Shown here piece after piece: positions 35,941 to 45,286 of a DNA stretch of 64,000 bases. The position numbers and the translations under genes were made by a program. How positions within the stretch are numbered: the first letter of the stretch is position 1; the number at the start of each line of letters is the position of its first letter. The notes under the pieces are model-generated. The model saw only the letters and a list, made by a program, of their open reading frames with translations, searched no databases and was not told the origin of the DNA. This DNA is from a virus (taxonomy: Duplodnaviria > Heunggongvirae > Uroviricota > Caudoviricetes): IMG/VR virus record IMGVR_UViG_3300024272_000009; one strand, 5' to 3'.

Positions 35941-36663
35941 TTAATCGATTAAGTAAGTCATGTTAGAGTTTACACGAAGTATCTCACGCAGTTCTTTTAA
36001 CTCAGTGTTACCCTCTTCAAGAATTTTATCGCCGTCTTGTGTCCAAAGAGCATTAGACTGAGCAAAACGTGTTCTAATTCTACCTAGAACTACTTTTGTA
36101 AGAGCAACACAGTATTTAATTAAGATATCAATCCAATAGTCACTTTTAATATCTTCAACAGAGTTTAGCTTTGGAATATACTCTATTGTAACCATACTAG
36201 GTGCACTATTGGCTCTATTAATATATAATTTTTTATTGTGGCGGTCTTCTTTAAAAGCCATGTCAGTAGACATAGTATTTTTCATCTGGCTTAATGACAT
36301 CCAAGAAGCATAGTTCATTACATAGTCTTGTAAGTTATACATAGTACCACCATTGCTAAAAATAGCAAATTGAGCGAGCTGAATGGGATCATTCATAACA
36401 GACACGCCACCTTCCATATCACCAAAGCCTTCAGTTCTGTATACTTTTACAATAGAACTTACTTTTTCTTTAAAAAAGTCGCCGTCAAGGTCGATACAGG
36501 AAGCAAATGGTACTCTAATAAGTGTAGTCTCGTCCCAAAACCTTTCGAGCTCTCTTAACGCCTTTTTAATAACTGAAACTAGCGTTTCATCTGTTATTTC
36601 CATATCAAGTATGTAGCCAGTTAGCTCTAATTTAACTTCATCAATAATATCTTCAAGTTTCAT
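35941..36663 (-). CDS. hypothetical head-associated protein
   Basis: 240-aa ORF directly after the capsid gene. Confidence 0.4.
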   Translation of the reverse strand: MKLEDIIDEVKLELTGYILDMEITDETLVSVIKKALRELERFWDETTLIRVPFASCIDLDGDFFKEKVSSIVKVYRTEGFGDMEGGVSVMNDPIQLAQFAIFSNGGTMYNLQDYVMNYASWMSLSQMKNTMSTDMAFKEDRHNKKLYINRANSAPSMVTIEYIPKLNSVEDIKSDYWIDILIKYCVALTKVVLGRIRTRFAQSNALWTQDGDKILEEGNTELKELREILRVNSNMTYLID

Positions 36664-36692
36664 TATTTTAACTCCTTGCTAACTAATCAATT

Positions 36693-36700
36693 AATTTAGC
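36693..36700 (-). promoter_or_regulatory. GCTAAATT box
   Basis: Minus strand reads TTTGCTAAATTAATTG. Confidence 0.5.
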
Positions 36701-36719
36701 AAATAATTTTAATAATGTA

Positions 36720-36753
36720 TAAGAAAAGCACGCAGCTTTTACACTGCGTGCTT
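36720..36753 (-). terminator. strong terminator after the major capsid gene
   Basis: Perfect 10-bp stem: aagcacgcag (36726-36735) and ctgcgtgctt (36744-36753). The loop is 8 nt and a U-rich tract follows on the minus strand. Confidence 0.8.
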
Positions 36754-36788
36754 CATTAATTGGTTTATTAGCGTTAGTTAGTCAGCAA

Positions 36789-38120
36789 TTAGTCAACGAT
36801 CTTACCGGAAACAAGGAGAGCCTCGTTAAGGAGTGCCTTAGCATACCAAGTGCTGAAGCCCTGTGCCATACCGCCATCGGGAGTACCGAGAAGCTGAGTA
36901 GGAACGATTGCCATGTAAGGAGCGTAAACACCAGCAGAGCTCATCATGTCGTTACCGTTGAGGCCGAGGAAGAATTCACCCTTGCCAAGGATAGGAGAAA
37001 CGTAAACGTTAAGGCCGTCAAGCTCACCAACCTTGTAAGGACCATTCATCTTAGCGTTCTTAACAGCAGTAAAGCCGTTAACGAAACGGAGAACAGGAAG
37101 AACGTCAGAAGCGATTACCATGTAGTTAGGATGGAACTTCTTGGTTCTGTTATAGATAACCATCTTAGCTTCTTCGATAACTTCAAGGAAGCCGTTGTAG
37201 TGCTCGAACTTAGAAACGCCAGCAGGAAGTGTCTTAGACCACTCTCTAACACCCTCGAGTTTCTTAGAGCCCTGGTAAAGCATGTCAACGATCTCAGTGT
37301 CGATTTCGTAAGCGAGCTCACCGCAAGCCTGCTCAGCGATCTGCTTGTCAAGAGAGAAGCCATAGTCAGTCTTAGCCTGGAAAGCAGTGATCTGGTCGTA
37401 ACGAACAGCAATTCTACGAGGCTCAGCAACGAGAGGAATGTGCTTCATGCGAGGACCGATAGTAGGAATGTTCTCAGCAGGAACTTTCTCCATCTGATAC
37501 TCCATAGCCTTGTAAGCAACTCTGTCGCCTGCCTTAGGAGTGTAGGAAGTCTCATACTTGCCGTTTACCTTGTAAGCAGCAGTCTTAACAGTCTTGGTCT
37601 CTTCATCGAAGTACTTGAAGCCTTCAGGATCAATTTCGCTAGCCTCGAATGCAAGAGCAACATTACCATCTTCGTCAGCAACAAGAGTTTCAACAACGAT
37701 CTGGGAAGTGTAGCTCATACGCTCAGTGCTCATTTCACCAAGACCGAATACACCGTTAAGAACCTTACCCTGCATACCAGCCTTGTCAGAAAGTGCTACG
37801 TACTCAAGGTAAGCAACAGAACCAGAGTAACTGGTCATAGGATGAACGATAACGAGGTCGTTAGCGATAAGAGAAGGAACAGCGATGTTGGTGAGGTTCA
37901 AGCAGAACTTCTTCCAAGCGCCAAGCTGGCTACGGTCAGTAGCGTTGCCAAGAGCACCGATATCCATAGACTCGGTCATCCAACGGTTAGTGTTGTCAAG
38001 AAGAACAGCAGTAGTAAGTGCTGTGTTAGAAGAAATAGTCTTGCCTTCAAAGTTCTTAGCTACATAAGCTTCAGCAACCTTGAGCTGACGAGAATAAGTC
38101 TCAAGAAGATTTTGTTTCAT
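36789..38120 (-). CDS. putative major capsid protein
   Basis: 443 aa. Codon usage is very different from its neighbours, with G/C-ending preferred codons, indicating very high expression. It follows the scaffold-like gene downstream of the portal. Confidence 0.6.
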   Translation of the reverse strand: MKQNLLETYSRQLKVAEAYVAKNFEGKTISSNTALTTAVLLDNTNRWMTESMDIGALGNATDRSQLGAWKKFCLNLTNIAVPSLIANDLVIVHPMTSYSGSVAYLEYVALSDKAGMQGKVLNGVFGLGEMSTERMSYTSQIVVETLVADEDGNVALAFEASEIDPEGFKYFDEETKTVKTAAYKVNGKYETSYTPKAGDRVAYKAMEYQMEKVPAENIPTIGPRMKHIPLVAEPRRIAVRYDQITAFQAKTDYGFSLDKQIAEQACGELAYEIDTEIVDMLYQGSKKLEGVREWSKTLPAGVSKFEHYNGFLEVIEEAKMVIYNRTKKFHPNYMVIASDVLPVLRFVNGFTAVKNAKMNGPYKVGELDGLNVYVSPILGKGEFFLGLNGNDMMSSAGVYAPYMAIVPTQLLGTPDGGMAQGFSTWYAKALLNEALLVSGKIVD

Positions 38121-38191
38121 AATATACCTCTTTCTAAAAGTAATAATTAGTTTTTGTTTTTTGTTTAGATTTTGTGTTTAAGCTTTCTGGT

Positions 38192-40102
38192 TTATTTCTT
38201 CAATCCGGCAAGCTCGAGAAGGTCACTAAGGTCATCGTCGTCATAATTATTCTTAGCAGGTCTAGATACAGATTCAGCTATACGAGCAGATGTTTTAGTT
38301 CTTCCACCGAAAGGAAGTCTACTGAAATTGACAGTAGAATCAAGAATTTTGTCACAAACAGCATCAACATCTGAGAGAGTAAAGTTCTCATTGAGGCGGC
38401 TTGTAATTTCTGAAGGTGCAACACCGAGCATGTCAGCTTTAGATTTTACATACTTATTGAGTGACTCAATATAGCGTGCTTTATAAGCTTTTGCAAGGTT
38501 TGTTCTTTCCTGAAGTTTTTCAGTATAAACTTTTGTTTGACCTTCAAGTTTAGCTTCAAGAGCTTTAGACTCTTTAGTAAGTCTAGACACTTCTTCATTT
38601 AAGCGTCTTTCATTTGCCTTATTGCCTTCAATGCTCTCTTTTAGCTGTTGTGCTTTATTAACCTTTTCAGTTAATACTTTTACATTTTGTTGCGATTGGT
38701 TAAGTTTTTCTGTGAGCTCTTCAACTTTTGCAATTAGCTCAGGAACTTTTGCAGCTTCTGCACTAGTATTTCTAAATGCAGTTCTGTACCGGCCAAGCTT
38801 TTCTTGTAACTCTTGTTCTTTGGCATCGCCAACTGCTTTAGCTTTACGCAAATCACTAAGTTCGGTTTCCAAAGCTTCTTTCTGTCTGACCATCTCTTTC
38901 AAGCTCTCAATGACCTCGTCATCTCCGTCATCGTCGGCTGTGCCTTCATCATTGGTTACTTCTTCGATGGTTTCAACAGGAATTTCATCAGTTTCAGTCT
39001 CTATATTTGAATCTGCGACTTCTGAAGGTTCTTCTTCAGCTTCGCAGGATTTCACATTAAGAACAAGAACATCATCGTCTATGTAATGTTCGATATTATC
39101 TACAGGAGCAACTTCTCCATTGGCATCAGTAGCCTCGAATTCTACTTTAGTATCTTCGTCGAATTCTTTAAGCAACTCGATAGCATCTCCGACAGTGCTG
39201 ACATCCGCTTCACCGTCACCGGTTACATCAACTACTTCAGGCTCTTCTACCTCTGCTTCTTCTGCTTCTACAGGAACTTCTTCATCAGTAGGTTCAGCTA
39301 CATCAGCTTCTTCAGTAGCTTCCTCAGTAGTCTCTTCTTCGGCTTCCTCAGTTTCCTCTTCAGCAGGCATCTCTTCTGTTAGAATCTCTTCATCGTCTGC
39401 CCAAGGAATATCCTCAGCAGTAAGTCTAGTTGACTCTTCGATAGGTGCCTCGTCAGAGATTTCATTTTCAATATCAATATTTAAATTTTCTAGTGCCTTT
39501 TTCATAGTATCTTTATCCTCTTCTTTTGCAGCCTTATAAGACTCAGCTAAAGCTTTCTTAAGCTTAAGGCCTTCAGAGTCTAAAGATTCACAAACATTAA
39601 GTCTTGCTTTTTTAACTGCAGGTAGTTGAACAATATCCCAAGTTTCCAAAAAGAATGTTTCTGGGTCAACCTGGTTGTTGTCCATTACATCACCGGAACC
39701 ACGTGAACTGATTCCAGGAACAAATCCATAATCTACGAGCGTTTTTAGCAGTCTACCGTTAGGAGTATCTAGAATATCAACATAAGCACAAAGGTCGTCG
39801 CCGACAATCTTTGGCACCTCAGGAATACAAGCACATGCCTGCTTCATATCTGTCTCTTCTCTATCAGCGGGATGACCGAGTTCTAGGAAAAGTGCTTTAG
39901 TAGCTACCTTCTCTAAAAAGATGTCATCTTGTAGGGCTCTCTCCCAAAGTGGCTTGTTGTAAAGTCTACCGTTTCTGGTGCTTTCAACACACGTAGCAAT
40001 AGGACCATACAATCTGCCTAAAATATGTCTAGAGGCCATCTCCTCAGGTGATAGTGGCTGCATCTGTAACGCTTCAAGAATTCTTTTTTTATTTAAATCC
40101 AT
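38192..40102 (-). CDS. putative prohead protease / scaffolding fusion protein
   Basis: 636 aa. An N-terminal globular domain of about 170 aa is followed by a hyper-acidic linker (EEPE/EEAEE repeats) and a C-terminal K/E-rich coiled-coil. It sits between the portal and capsid genes. Confidence 0.4.
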   Translation of the reverse strand: MDLNKKRILEALQMQPLSPEEMASRHILGRLYGPIATCVESTRNGRLYNKPLWERALQDDIFLEKVATKALFLELGHPADREETDMKQACACIPEVPKIVGDDLCAYVDILDTPNGRLLKTLVDYGFVPGISSRGSGDVMDNNQVDPETFFLETWDIVQLPAVKKARLNVCESLDSEGLKLKKALAESYKAAKEEDKDTMKKALENLNIDIENEISDEAPIEESTRLTAEDIPWADDEEILTEEMPAEEETEEAEEETTEEATEEADVAEPTDEEVPVEAEEAEVEEPEVVDVTGDGEADVSTVGDAIELLKEFDEDTKVEFEATDANGEVAPVDNIEHYIDDDVLVLNVKSCEAEEEPSEVADSNIETETDEIPVETIEEVTNDEGTADDDGDDEVIESLKEMVRQKEALETELSDLRKAKAVGDAKEQELQEKLGRYRTAFRNTSAEAAKVPELIAKVEELTEKLNQSQQNVKVLTEKVNKAQQLKESIEGNKANERRLNEEVSRLTKESKALEAKLEGQTKVYTEKLQERTNLAKAYKARYIESLNKYVKSKADMLGVAPSEITSRLNENFTLSDVDAVCDKILDSTVNFSRLPFGGRTKTSARIAESVSRPAKNNYDDDDLSDLLELAGLKK

Positions 40103-40132
40103 AATCGTCCTCTTAGTTACAGCGTTCTAAAT

Positions 40133-40140
40133 AATTTAGC
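40133..40140 (-). promoter_or_regulatory. GCTAAATT box
   Basis: Minus strand reads TCTGCTAAATTATTTAG. Confidence 0.5.
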
Positions 40141-40182
40141 AGATAATAAATTAATAATTAAATAATTTAATAATAATTTTTA

Positions 40183-40557
40183 TTACTCAGCAGGAACAAA
40201 GTCAGGGTCAGCCGTACCGCACTTTGTGCAAACACCGTCTACGAATTCGTGCTCGCACACAGGGGCTTCCTCTACCTCAGGCTCTTCAGTCTTAGCAACA
40301 AAAACTTCTGCAAAAGCTTCATCCGTAATGAGTGCCTCATCGGCAGGGGTTCCATCATCGTTGTATGTAGGAACAAAGTTATCACCGGTGCCATAGAACT
40401 TACCTTCGTACTGGTATATAAGCTTATTAGCTCCGATTGTATTAGAAGTAATTACAAAGTCATCATCAGCGGGTACACCAGTCTTAGATGCTCTGAACTC
40501 TCTTACTCCGTTATCAACAACTTCATAAATTAGTTTGTAGCCGTTCTCAAGCTTCAT
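40183..40557 (-). CDS. hypothetical protein
   Basis: 124-aa ORF with a C-terminal CEHEFVDGVCTKCG. Confidence 0.45.
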   Translation of the reverse strand: MKLENGYKLIYEVVDNGVREFRASKTGVPADDDFVITSNTIGANKLIYQYEGKFYGTGDNFVPTYNDDGTPADEALITDEAFAEVFVAKTEEPEVEEAPVCEHEFVDGVCTKCGTADPDFVPAE

Positions 40558-40634
40558 TTTTAACTCTCCTTATAGGTGATAATTTTTAATTAATTTAATT
40601 TAAGATGTTTAATTACACATCTTTATGATCAATT

Positions 40635-40642
40635 AATTTAGC
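40635..40642 (-). promoter_or_regulatory. GCTAAATT box
   Basis: Minus strand reads TTAGCTAAATTAATTG. Confidence 0.45.
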
Positions 40643-40670
40643 TAATATTTTTGTATTAAAATTAAATAAA

Positions 40671-40708
40671 AAATAAACTATATTATTTTTTATTAATATA
40701 GTTTATTT
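40671..40708 (-). terminator. AT-rich 15-bp inverted-repeat terminator after gene 40723..41196
   Basis: aaataaactatatta pairs with taatatagtttattt. The loop is ttttttat. Confidence 0.55.
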
Positions 40709-40722
40709 TTTATATTATATTT

Positions 40723-41196
40723 TTAATTTAGTGCGTCACGTCGACCGCTGATATGCTCGAGTACAAGTAAATCTGACTTGAGTAGCTTTAGCAGAGCGAT
40801 GCACTGATCAAACTCGCCAGTGCTGTAATAGCTGTTTAGCACTCTTGAAATTTCTTCGGCGCGTACTTCTCGCTGAAAAATTTCTTTATTTGTCGGAAGC
40901 TTTCTTCCATACAGGGTGATTTGTACTAGTAGACAGGCAAGTGTTGTAATAACCTCATCAGTATCATAAATGTCTTTTACAATATTATGATATAGAGGTG
41001 ATTTCTTCTGGTTGTGTTTTTTACGAAGCATTTCATAAAAATTAGCAACCTCAATACCACGGTTGTCTAAGATAAACTTTAGCACTTCCATAGGAATTTC
41101 TTTGCTCGTTACAAGCTTCCTCATAGGCTTATCTATATTGATTCCCTTGTCTTCAAGTGAGACCAGGATAGTCAAACAATCATTTTTTGTAATCAT
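40723..41196 (-). CDS. hypothetical protein
   Basis: 157-aa ORF directly after the portal gene. Confidence 0.45.
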   Translation of the reverse strand: MITKNDCLTILVSLEDKGINIDKPMRKLVTSKEIPMEVLKFILDNRGIEVANFYEMLRKKHNQKKSPLYHNIVKDIYDTDEVITTLACLLVQITLYGRKLPTNKEIFQREVRAEEISRVLNSYYSTGEFDQCIALLKLLKSDLLVLEHISGRRDALN

Positions 41197-41222
41197 TATA
41201 ATATATACCTTTCAAATATCCA

Positions 41223-43178
41223 TTAGTTATTTTCAGAGAAATCTTTTTCCGCATCTAAGTCACTTGGTGAGGGGAGGTCATCTTCAGTAAGAATTATATT
41301 ACTAAGAACATCCTGCTCCTCTAACAACAAATCACCGGTGCCTACATTAAATGCTTCTAGATTAAGTTCCTCAAGTGAGCCCAAATCTATATCTTCTGCT
41401 GGTTCCTCGGCTGCTTCTGTTTCCACTTCTGTATCTTCTGCTGTGGTGTTTTCTTCATTTTCAGCTTCGAGAGCTGCTTCAGCAGCGGCTTCTTCAATAG
41501 CCTTAATTTCGGCATCTATTTCCACATTAATATCATCGCCATAGTCAAGTCCAGCAAGAAGAGCTTTTAAGATACGCAGACGTCTAGGCTTATCTTCAAT
41601 ATCAGTAAATAATCCCTGCATACTGCTGATTGCATTAATCTTGTTAGAAAGGTCAGCACGGTAGTCAATTTCTTCCTGAGTGATAGGCGCTTTCATTTTA
41701 AGAGTAAAGTTATTGAGATAGCTCTTGAGGCCCTTGTTAAGAAGGAAAAGATTGATAGCGTCTGTGAGTGCCTGAATCATTGCATTCTGAACTCTCTTAA
41801 CACCTTTAGCATAAACGCTAGAAAGAATAGTAAGAGAAGTACCCCCATTAAAGCCTGCACCATCGTCGGTCCAGCCAAAGTACTGCTTAGGAATACCATA
41901 AGAAGAATAGAACTTATTATTCCACCAGTCAAGGTCAGCGAGGTTCTTTACTTCAACATCACCGCCGACTGCTTCTACGGTAATATTTCCTTGGCCACCG
42001 TGTGTTGCAAAATAAATATTATTTTCCATTGGGCCTGGGTTGTTATACTCATTCATTGAGTTGCCAACGTTTAGAGCACTCTTTTGCTCCATCATTTCCT
42101 TAACGCGACGTAGGGTTTGCTGAACTTGTTCTTTCGGCATGTCACCGACTTCTACGCCAACTTTACGTACTACACTTGAACGGGTAATTCTGTTTAAGAG
42201 TGCGGCGCTTTCAAGTAGTGCTTTCTCTCGCCAAATCTTATAAGAATCGTATAGAAGTGATTTACCACGTCTAACACTATAAGATTGGCTCTTTGTACCA
42301 TCAGCATCGATAAACAAATCAACAGTTTCTGGGTATCTAGTAAAGTTATCTTCAAGACAGGCGTGAACAAAGTCATCAGCTTGGAATACATTTACATCTG
42401 CAGACTTCATTCTAAAGTTATATGTACCAGAAGCAGTTACACCTGTAAAAGCTGATGTATTATCTACGGTAGATGTTTCATTTGGTGTTTCTATATAGCC
42501 GTAGGTTTTACCAAATTTGGTAAGCTCAAACATTGTGCCAGGGTCATCTACTGCTTCTACATAGTAGCTGTATGGGTCTGAAGCGGTGTGTAAATTAAGT
42601 TTAACTGCCTCATCAAGAGTCTCTTTCTTAGGCTCTTCATCTATACTTATATCAAAAGCTTCATTAAGTGTATTTCTCGCAGAATATACTTTATCAATGT
42701 TATCAGTCTTAAATAATGCATCGGCATAGTCTGACTCTCGATAAAGTCGTAGGTACACATCACCGTATTTTAATAGTGCATACGTCCAGCCAAACATATT
42801 TTTATCTGCATTCATGGTGTTTAGCAAGTAGTTAACAAATTTACTAACTTTTGGGTCGCTAGCCTCACACCAAATAACATGTCCATTGTCTGCAGGCTCA
42901 CAGACATCTTCTGCATACGTTCTTAATATCGAGGCGACAGAAGAATCCTGAGCCATAGTATCAATTAACTGATATATCTGGTCACGTGAATTTGAGATAC
43001 TGGTAAAGTTCTCAAGTGCTGCAACATCAAGCTTGCTATTTAAGCCAGCTTCTATAATATTGTCTACTAAAGTTTTATTGACGTCAATATCTAGCGTGGT
43101 CGTATTGTCAAGTGTTATTGGTTGTGTCTGACTGCCGACTAGCGCATGCGACGTTTTAGTTGTAGTATTTTCCGCCAT
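41223..43178 (-). CDS. putative portal protein
   Basis: 651-aa ORF immediately downstream of the large terminase. The C-terminus is an acidic tail. The call rests on size and position. Confidence 0.55.
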   Translation of the reverse strand: MAENTTTKTSHALVGSQTQPITLDNTTTLDIDVNKTLVDNIIEAGLNSKLDVAALENFTSISNSRDQIYQLIDTMAQDSSVASILRTYAEDVCEPADNGHVIWCEASDPKVSKFVNYLLNTMNADKNMFGWTYALLKYGDVYLRLYRESDYADALFKTDNIDKVYSARNTLNEAFDISIDEEPKKETLDEAVKLNLHTASDPYSYYVEAVDDPGTMFELTKFGKTYGYIETPNETSTVDNTSAFTGVTASGTYNFRMKSADVNVFQADDFVHACLEDNFTRYPETVDLFIDADGTKSQSYSVRRGKSLLYDSYKIWREKALLESAALLNRITRSSVVRKVGVEVGDMPKEQVQQTLRRVKEMMEQKSALNVGNSMNEYNNPGPMENNIYFATHGGQGNITVEAVGGDVEVKNLADLDWWNNKFYSSYGIPKQYFGWTDDGAGFNGGTSLTILSSVYAKGVKRVQNAMIQALTDAINLFLLNKGLKSYLNNFTLKMKAPITQEEIDYRADLSNKINAISSMQGLFTDIEDKPRRLRILKALLAGLDYGDDINVEIDAEIKAIEEAAAEAALEAENEENTTAEDTEVETEAAEEPAEDIDLGSLEELNLEAFNVGTGDLLLEEQDVLSNIILTEDDLPSPSDLDAEKDFSENN

Positions 43179-43192
43179 AATCTATGGTCTCC

Positions 43193-45241
43193 TTATAAAA
43201 TAATTATACCATTCAAAATATCTTGGTATGTTTCATATTCTTTTTTCTTTTGATAATCTACTTTCTCAACGGCTATAGCATTATCCATATAAATCCTAGT
43301 TAGCTCTTCCTGGAACTCGAGGATCATTTGTTGTTTTCTAAAGTCATCTGCTACCGCATTAACTTCCAAGGATGTTTCAAGGCTCTCGCCATAATCGTAA
43401 GAGTATTCTTCTGCAAATTCGCTTGCAAGGAAGAGTGCACCACACACGGCGTCGGCCTGGTCTTTTGAGAAGTTTTGAGGGTGATCGATATGACCATCAG
43501 AAAGTCTTTCCAAACTAACTATCTCGTTAGTAAGTAATTCACAATCTTTATATAACTGCAGGTGTCTTTCATATATTGCAGATTTAAAGAAAGCATATGG
43601 TAAGCATTGTTTTGTAGCACTATCTACGCGGTCCACAGATAAGATTTTAGTATTAAAATTATCTGCTTTAAGTTGCTGTTGAATCTGCGCAGATTGATAA
43701 GTATCGCTTGATACTCCTTTGATTGCAAAGCCTCGGTCACGAAGCCAGCGTATAAAGTTTCTATTCTTCTCAAAGCTTACTTGGAAACCTTTAGGTGCCT
43801 TAACAGAAACAGAGAACGCGACCTTGAATTCAAGTTCTTTGCTTGGGTCATTTGTTCCGGCTTGTGGTGGCCTTTTACCTGTTATCCAGATACCGGCGAT
43901 ACCAGTTTTGTCTCCAGAAAGCGACATATCGAGATGTATAAACAGAGGTCTTGAAAGATCTCGTGGATTTACTCTTGATATATCAAAGAAGTTAGAATAC
44001 TGTAATATATCATCTGGGCTGTTGCCAACTTCGATAATATCTTTTGTAAATGGATTTTTATATGTGTCTGTCTTAATCTGATTTAAACGAACACCGGAGA
44101 TATACTTAGTAGAACTTGAAGTAGAAATACCGGCGTTATCAGTGAGCGCAAGGTCAATGTTATCTTCAAAAGCTTCTCTATAAATCGGAGGAACTTTTAG
44201 CATGAAATAACCTTTTTCTCTGTATGCATTTATTTCATCTTCTGTCGCTCCGACTGGAAGTAGCTCATGTGCTAGGAACTTATTTCCGACAGCAACATAG
44301 AAGCTTCCTGGGTCATCCGGCGAACCTTTATCATTTCTGACTATCCACTGAGGTTCGTCAACAATTAGAGTAGTTTTACTCTCATTTTGGCGTTTCATTT
44401 CAATATAAGATTCCATGAAAGCCTGTTCAGAGTCTTTTGATGAAGCGATAATATTCATCGTAGGAAGGTAGGTACCTTTACCAAAACGAGAAATCATACG
44501 GGCGTCGATCTGAGAAATCATTTTCTTAAGCTTAGCTTTTTGTTTCTCTACATTATTACCGACACCGAAGTTAACTTCATCCGAGAAGTTAGAGAATAGT
44601 GCACGACCAACTACGTGTCTATTACTAGAACCGAATACAAGCTCAATTCCTTTAGGCGGTTGCCACTGAGGGTTTGTCCTACTAGCATTCATATTGCCTC
44701 GTTCCATGAACCAATCAGAGCTTTGGAGCAGCTGCTGCATCTTATCCCAGCCGACACCTTGTGCTGCTTCCAATGTTACGTTTAACATTGAAAATGTGAT
44801 TTTATCGATAGGCTGGAGGCCATAATAAGTATAAGGATCTTTTAAGCAAAGCATTCTATACAGCAGGTAAAGCTGACAAACGACTGCAATAAAAGACTTA
44901 CCAAGACCGATAGAACCAGTTAATACAATAGTATTATATCTAGTTGTCAAGTTATCTGGAAATATCTCTTTAAGCTTTTCTATCCAGTACGGGAATACTG
45001 TGCACTTTCTTTCTCCAGTAAACTCATCTTTTATGTAGAGGCCTCGGCCGAGATAACGTTCATCAGAGATAAACGTCATAATATCTACTGGGATTTCTTC
45101 ATAGTCAGAGTATTTAAGATCTTCTAATATACCGGAGAAACCTTCTTGTGAGTACTCTTTTAAAATTTCAAGGGCGAGAGCTCTTTCCTCAGGAGATAGA
45201 TTATTTAGTTGTTCTAAATTTAGTTCGTTTGATATCATCAA
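43193..45241 (-). CDS. terminase large subunit
   Basis: 682 aa. The N-terminal P-loop ATPase reads LTGSIGLGKSF. A C-terminal RNase-H-like nuclease region carries conserved Asp residues. It sits in front of the portal. Confidence 0.7.
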   Translation of the reverse strand: MMISNELNLEQLNNLSPEERALALEILKEYSQEGFSGILEDLKYSDYEEIPVDIMTFISDERYLGRGLYIKDEFTGERKCTVFPYWIEKLKEIFPDNLTTRYNTIVLTGSIGLGKSFIAVVCQLYLLYRMLCLKDPYTYYGLQPIDKITFSMLNVTLEAAQGVGWDKMQQLLQSSDWFMERGNMNASRTNPQWQPPKGIELVFGSSNRHVVGRALFSNFSDEVNFGVGNNVEKQKAKLKKMISQIDARMISRFGKGTYLPTMNIIASSKDSEQAFMESYIEMKRQNESKTTLIVDEPQWIVRNDKGSPDDPGSFYVAVGNKFLAHELLPVGATEDEINAYREKGYFMLKVPPIYREAFEDNIDLALTDNAGISTSSSTKYISGVRLNQIKTDTYKNPFTKDIIEVGNSPDDILQYSNFFDISRVNPRDLSRPLFIHLDMSLSGDKTGIAGIWITGKRPPQAGTNDPSKELEFKVAFSVSVKAPKGFQVSFEKNRNFIRWLRDRGFAIKGVSSDTYQSAQIQQQLKADNFNTKILSVDRVDSATKQCLPYAFFKSAIYERHLQLYKDCELLTNEIVSLERLSDGHIDHPQNFSKDQADAVCGALFLASEFAEEYSYDYGESLETSLEVNAVADDFRKQQMILEFQEELTRIYMDNAIAVEKVDYQKKKEYETYQDILNGIIIL

Positions 45242-45286
45242 TTCGAAAATCTCCTATCTATATATTATACAATATTTTAAAAATAG

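Noticed and set aside
37131-38150. 339-aa plus-strand ORF
   Set aside because: It lies entirely antisense to the major capsid gene. The capsid gene's strong codon bias keeps the opposite strand open by chance. The product is S/L/V low-complexity.
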